Below are positions 49,795-49,858 of a stretch of 49,858 nt of DNA, piece by piece. The position numbers were made by a program, and so were the translations under genes. Source of the DNA: Bigelowiella natans CCMP2755 (lineage: Eukaryota > Protista > Cercozoa); assembly GCA_000320545.1 (NCBI GenBank), contig ADNK01001098.1, positions 1 to 49,858 of the forward strand, written 5' to 3'. How positions within the stretch are numbered: the first letter of the stretch is position 1; each line of letters opens with the position of its first letter. The notes under the pieces were generated by a model that worked only from the letters and a program-made list of their open reading frames with translations, was not told where the DNA came from and did not search any database.

Positions 49795-49858
49795 TACATC
49801 TTCAATACTTTCCCACACTTCCCCGTGCGTTTGCTGCTGAGGGGTATTTATCATCCTT
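47271..49858 (+). CDS. DUF4062-domain protein (TEP1/NPHP3/TTC41-like N-terminus), continues beyond the window
   Basis: MGCGASS start; TIRPFLSSTFRDFNDERN | CPKLEKICWSR | GVQFVPLDLRWGVTKEES | VIKLCNEEIDRSRPYFVCSLG | FRNGW..FPWLK | DYRDRSVTEIEIQHGAL..YFYFR. Confidence 0.88.
47587..47618 (+). repeat. 15-bp direct tandem duplication spanning a splice donor
   Basis: tgagaaggtgacgac x2, read directly. Confidence 0.9.

Noticed and set aside
164-49854. Numerous ORFs with poly-HT, CV, SL, ER, YI or poly-L/E runs
   Set aside because: These are translations of intronic microsatellites or antisense frames of real exons.

Overview
Gene-dense eukaryotic nuclear DNA from an intron-rich protist. The EFL-type elongation-factor paralogue, a bipartite-looking N-terminal presequence and the CDPK style suggest a chlorarachniophyte-like rhizarian alga, but that is inference. 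Almost all ORFs in the supplied track are artefacts of microsatellites or single exons, so I spliced the real genes by hand. About 15 protein genes, in order: CDPK (+, 5'-truncated), hypothetical (-), inward-rectifier (Kir/KirBac-like) channel (+), BtuF-like binding protein fused to a DUF5522-like Cys domain (-), secreted-type phospholipase A2 (-), intronless RhoGEF (+), CDC37 (-), PhyH-like 2OG-Fe(II) dioxygenase (-), ankyrin protein ending in RDEL (+), hypothetical (-), multi-TM hypothetical (+), YIF1 (-), mitochondrial uS15 (+), degenerate EFL/EF1A-like pseudo-GTPase (-), and a myristoylated DUF4062 protein (+, 3'-truncated). Main findings: (1) a Kir-family channel whose K+ filter TVGYG is replaced, without gaps, by TLGIS; (2) sharply bounded intergenic tracts almost free of TpA, rich in TpG/CpA and retaining CpG, suggesting a localized TA->TG/CA mutational process, strongest exactly where the otherwise strict strand alternation of genes breaks; (3) an EFL-like protein with dead GTPase motifs. 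No rRNA, tRNA, CRISPR or recognisable transposon was found. Exon boundaries are manual predictions with no transcript support.
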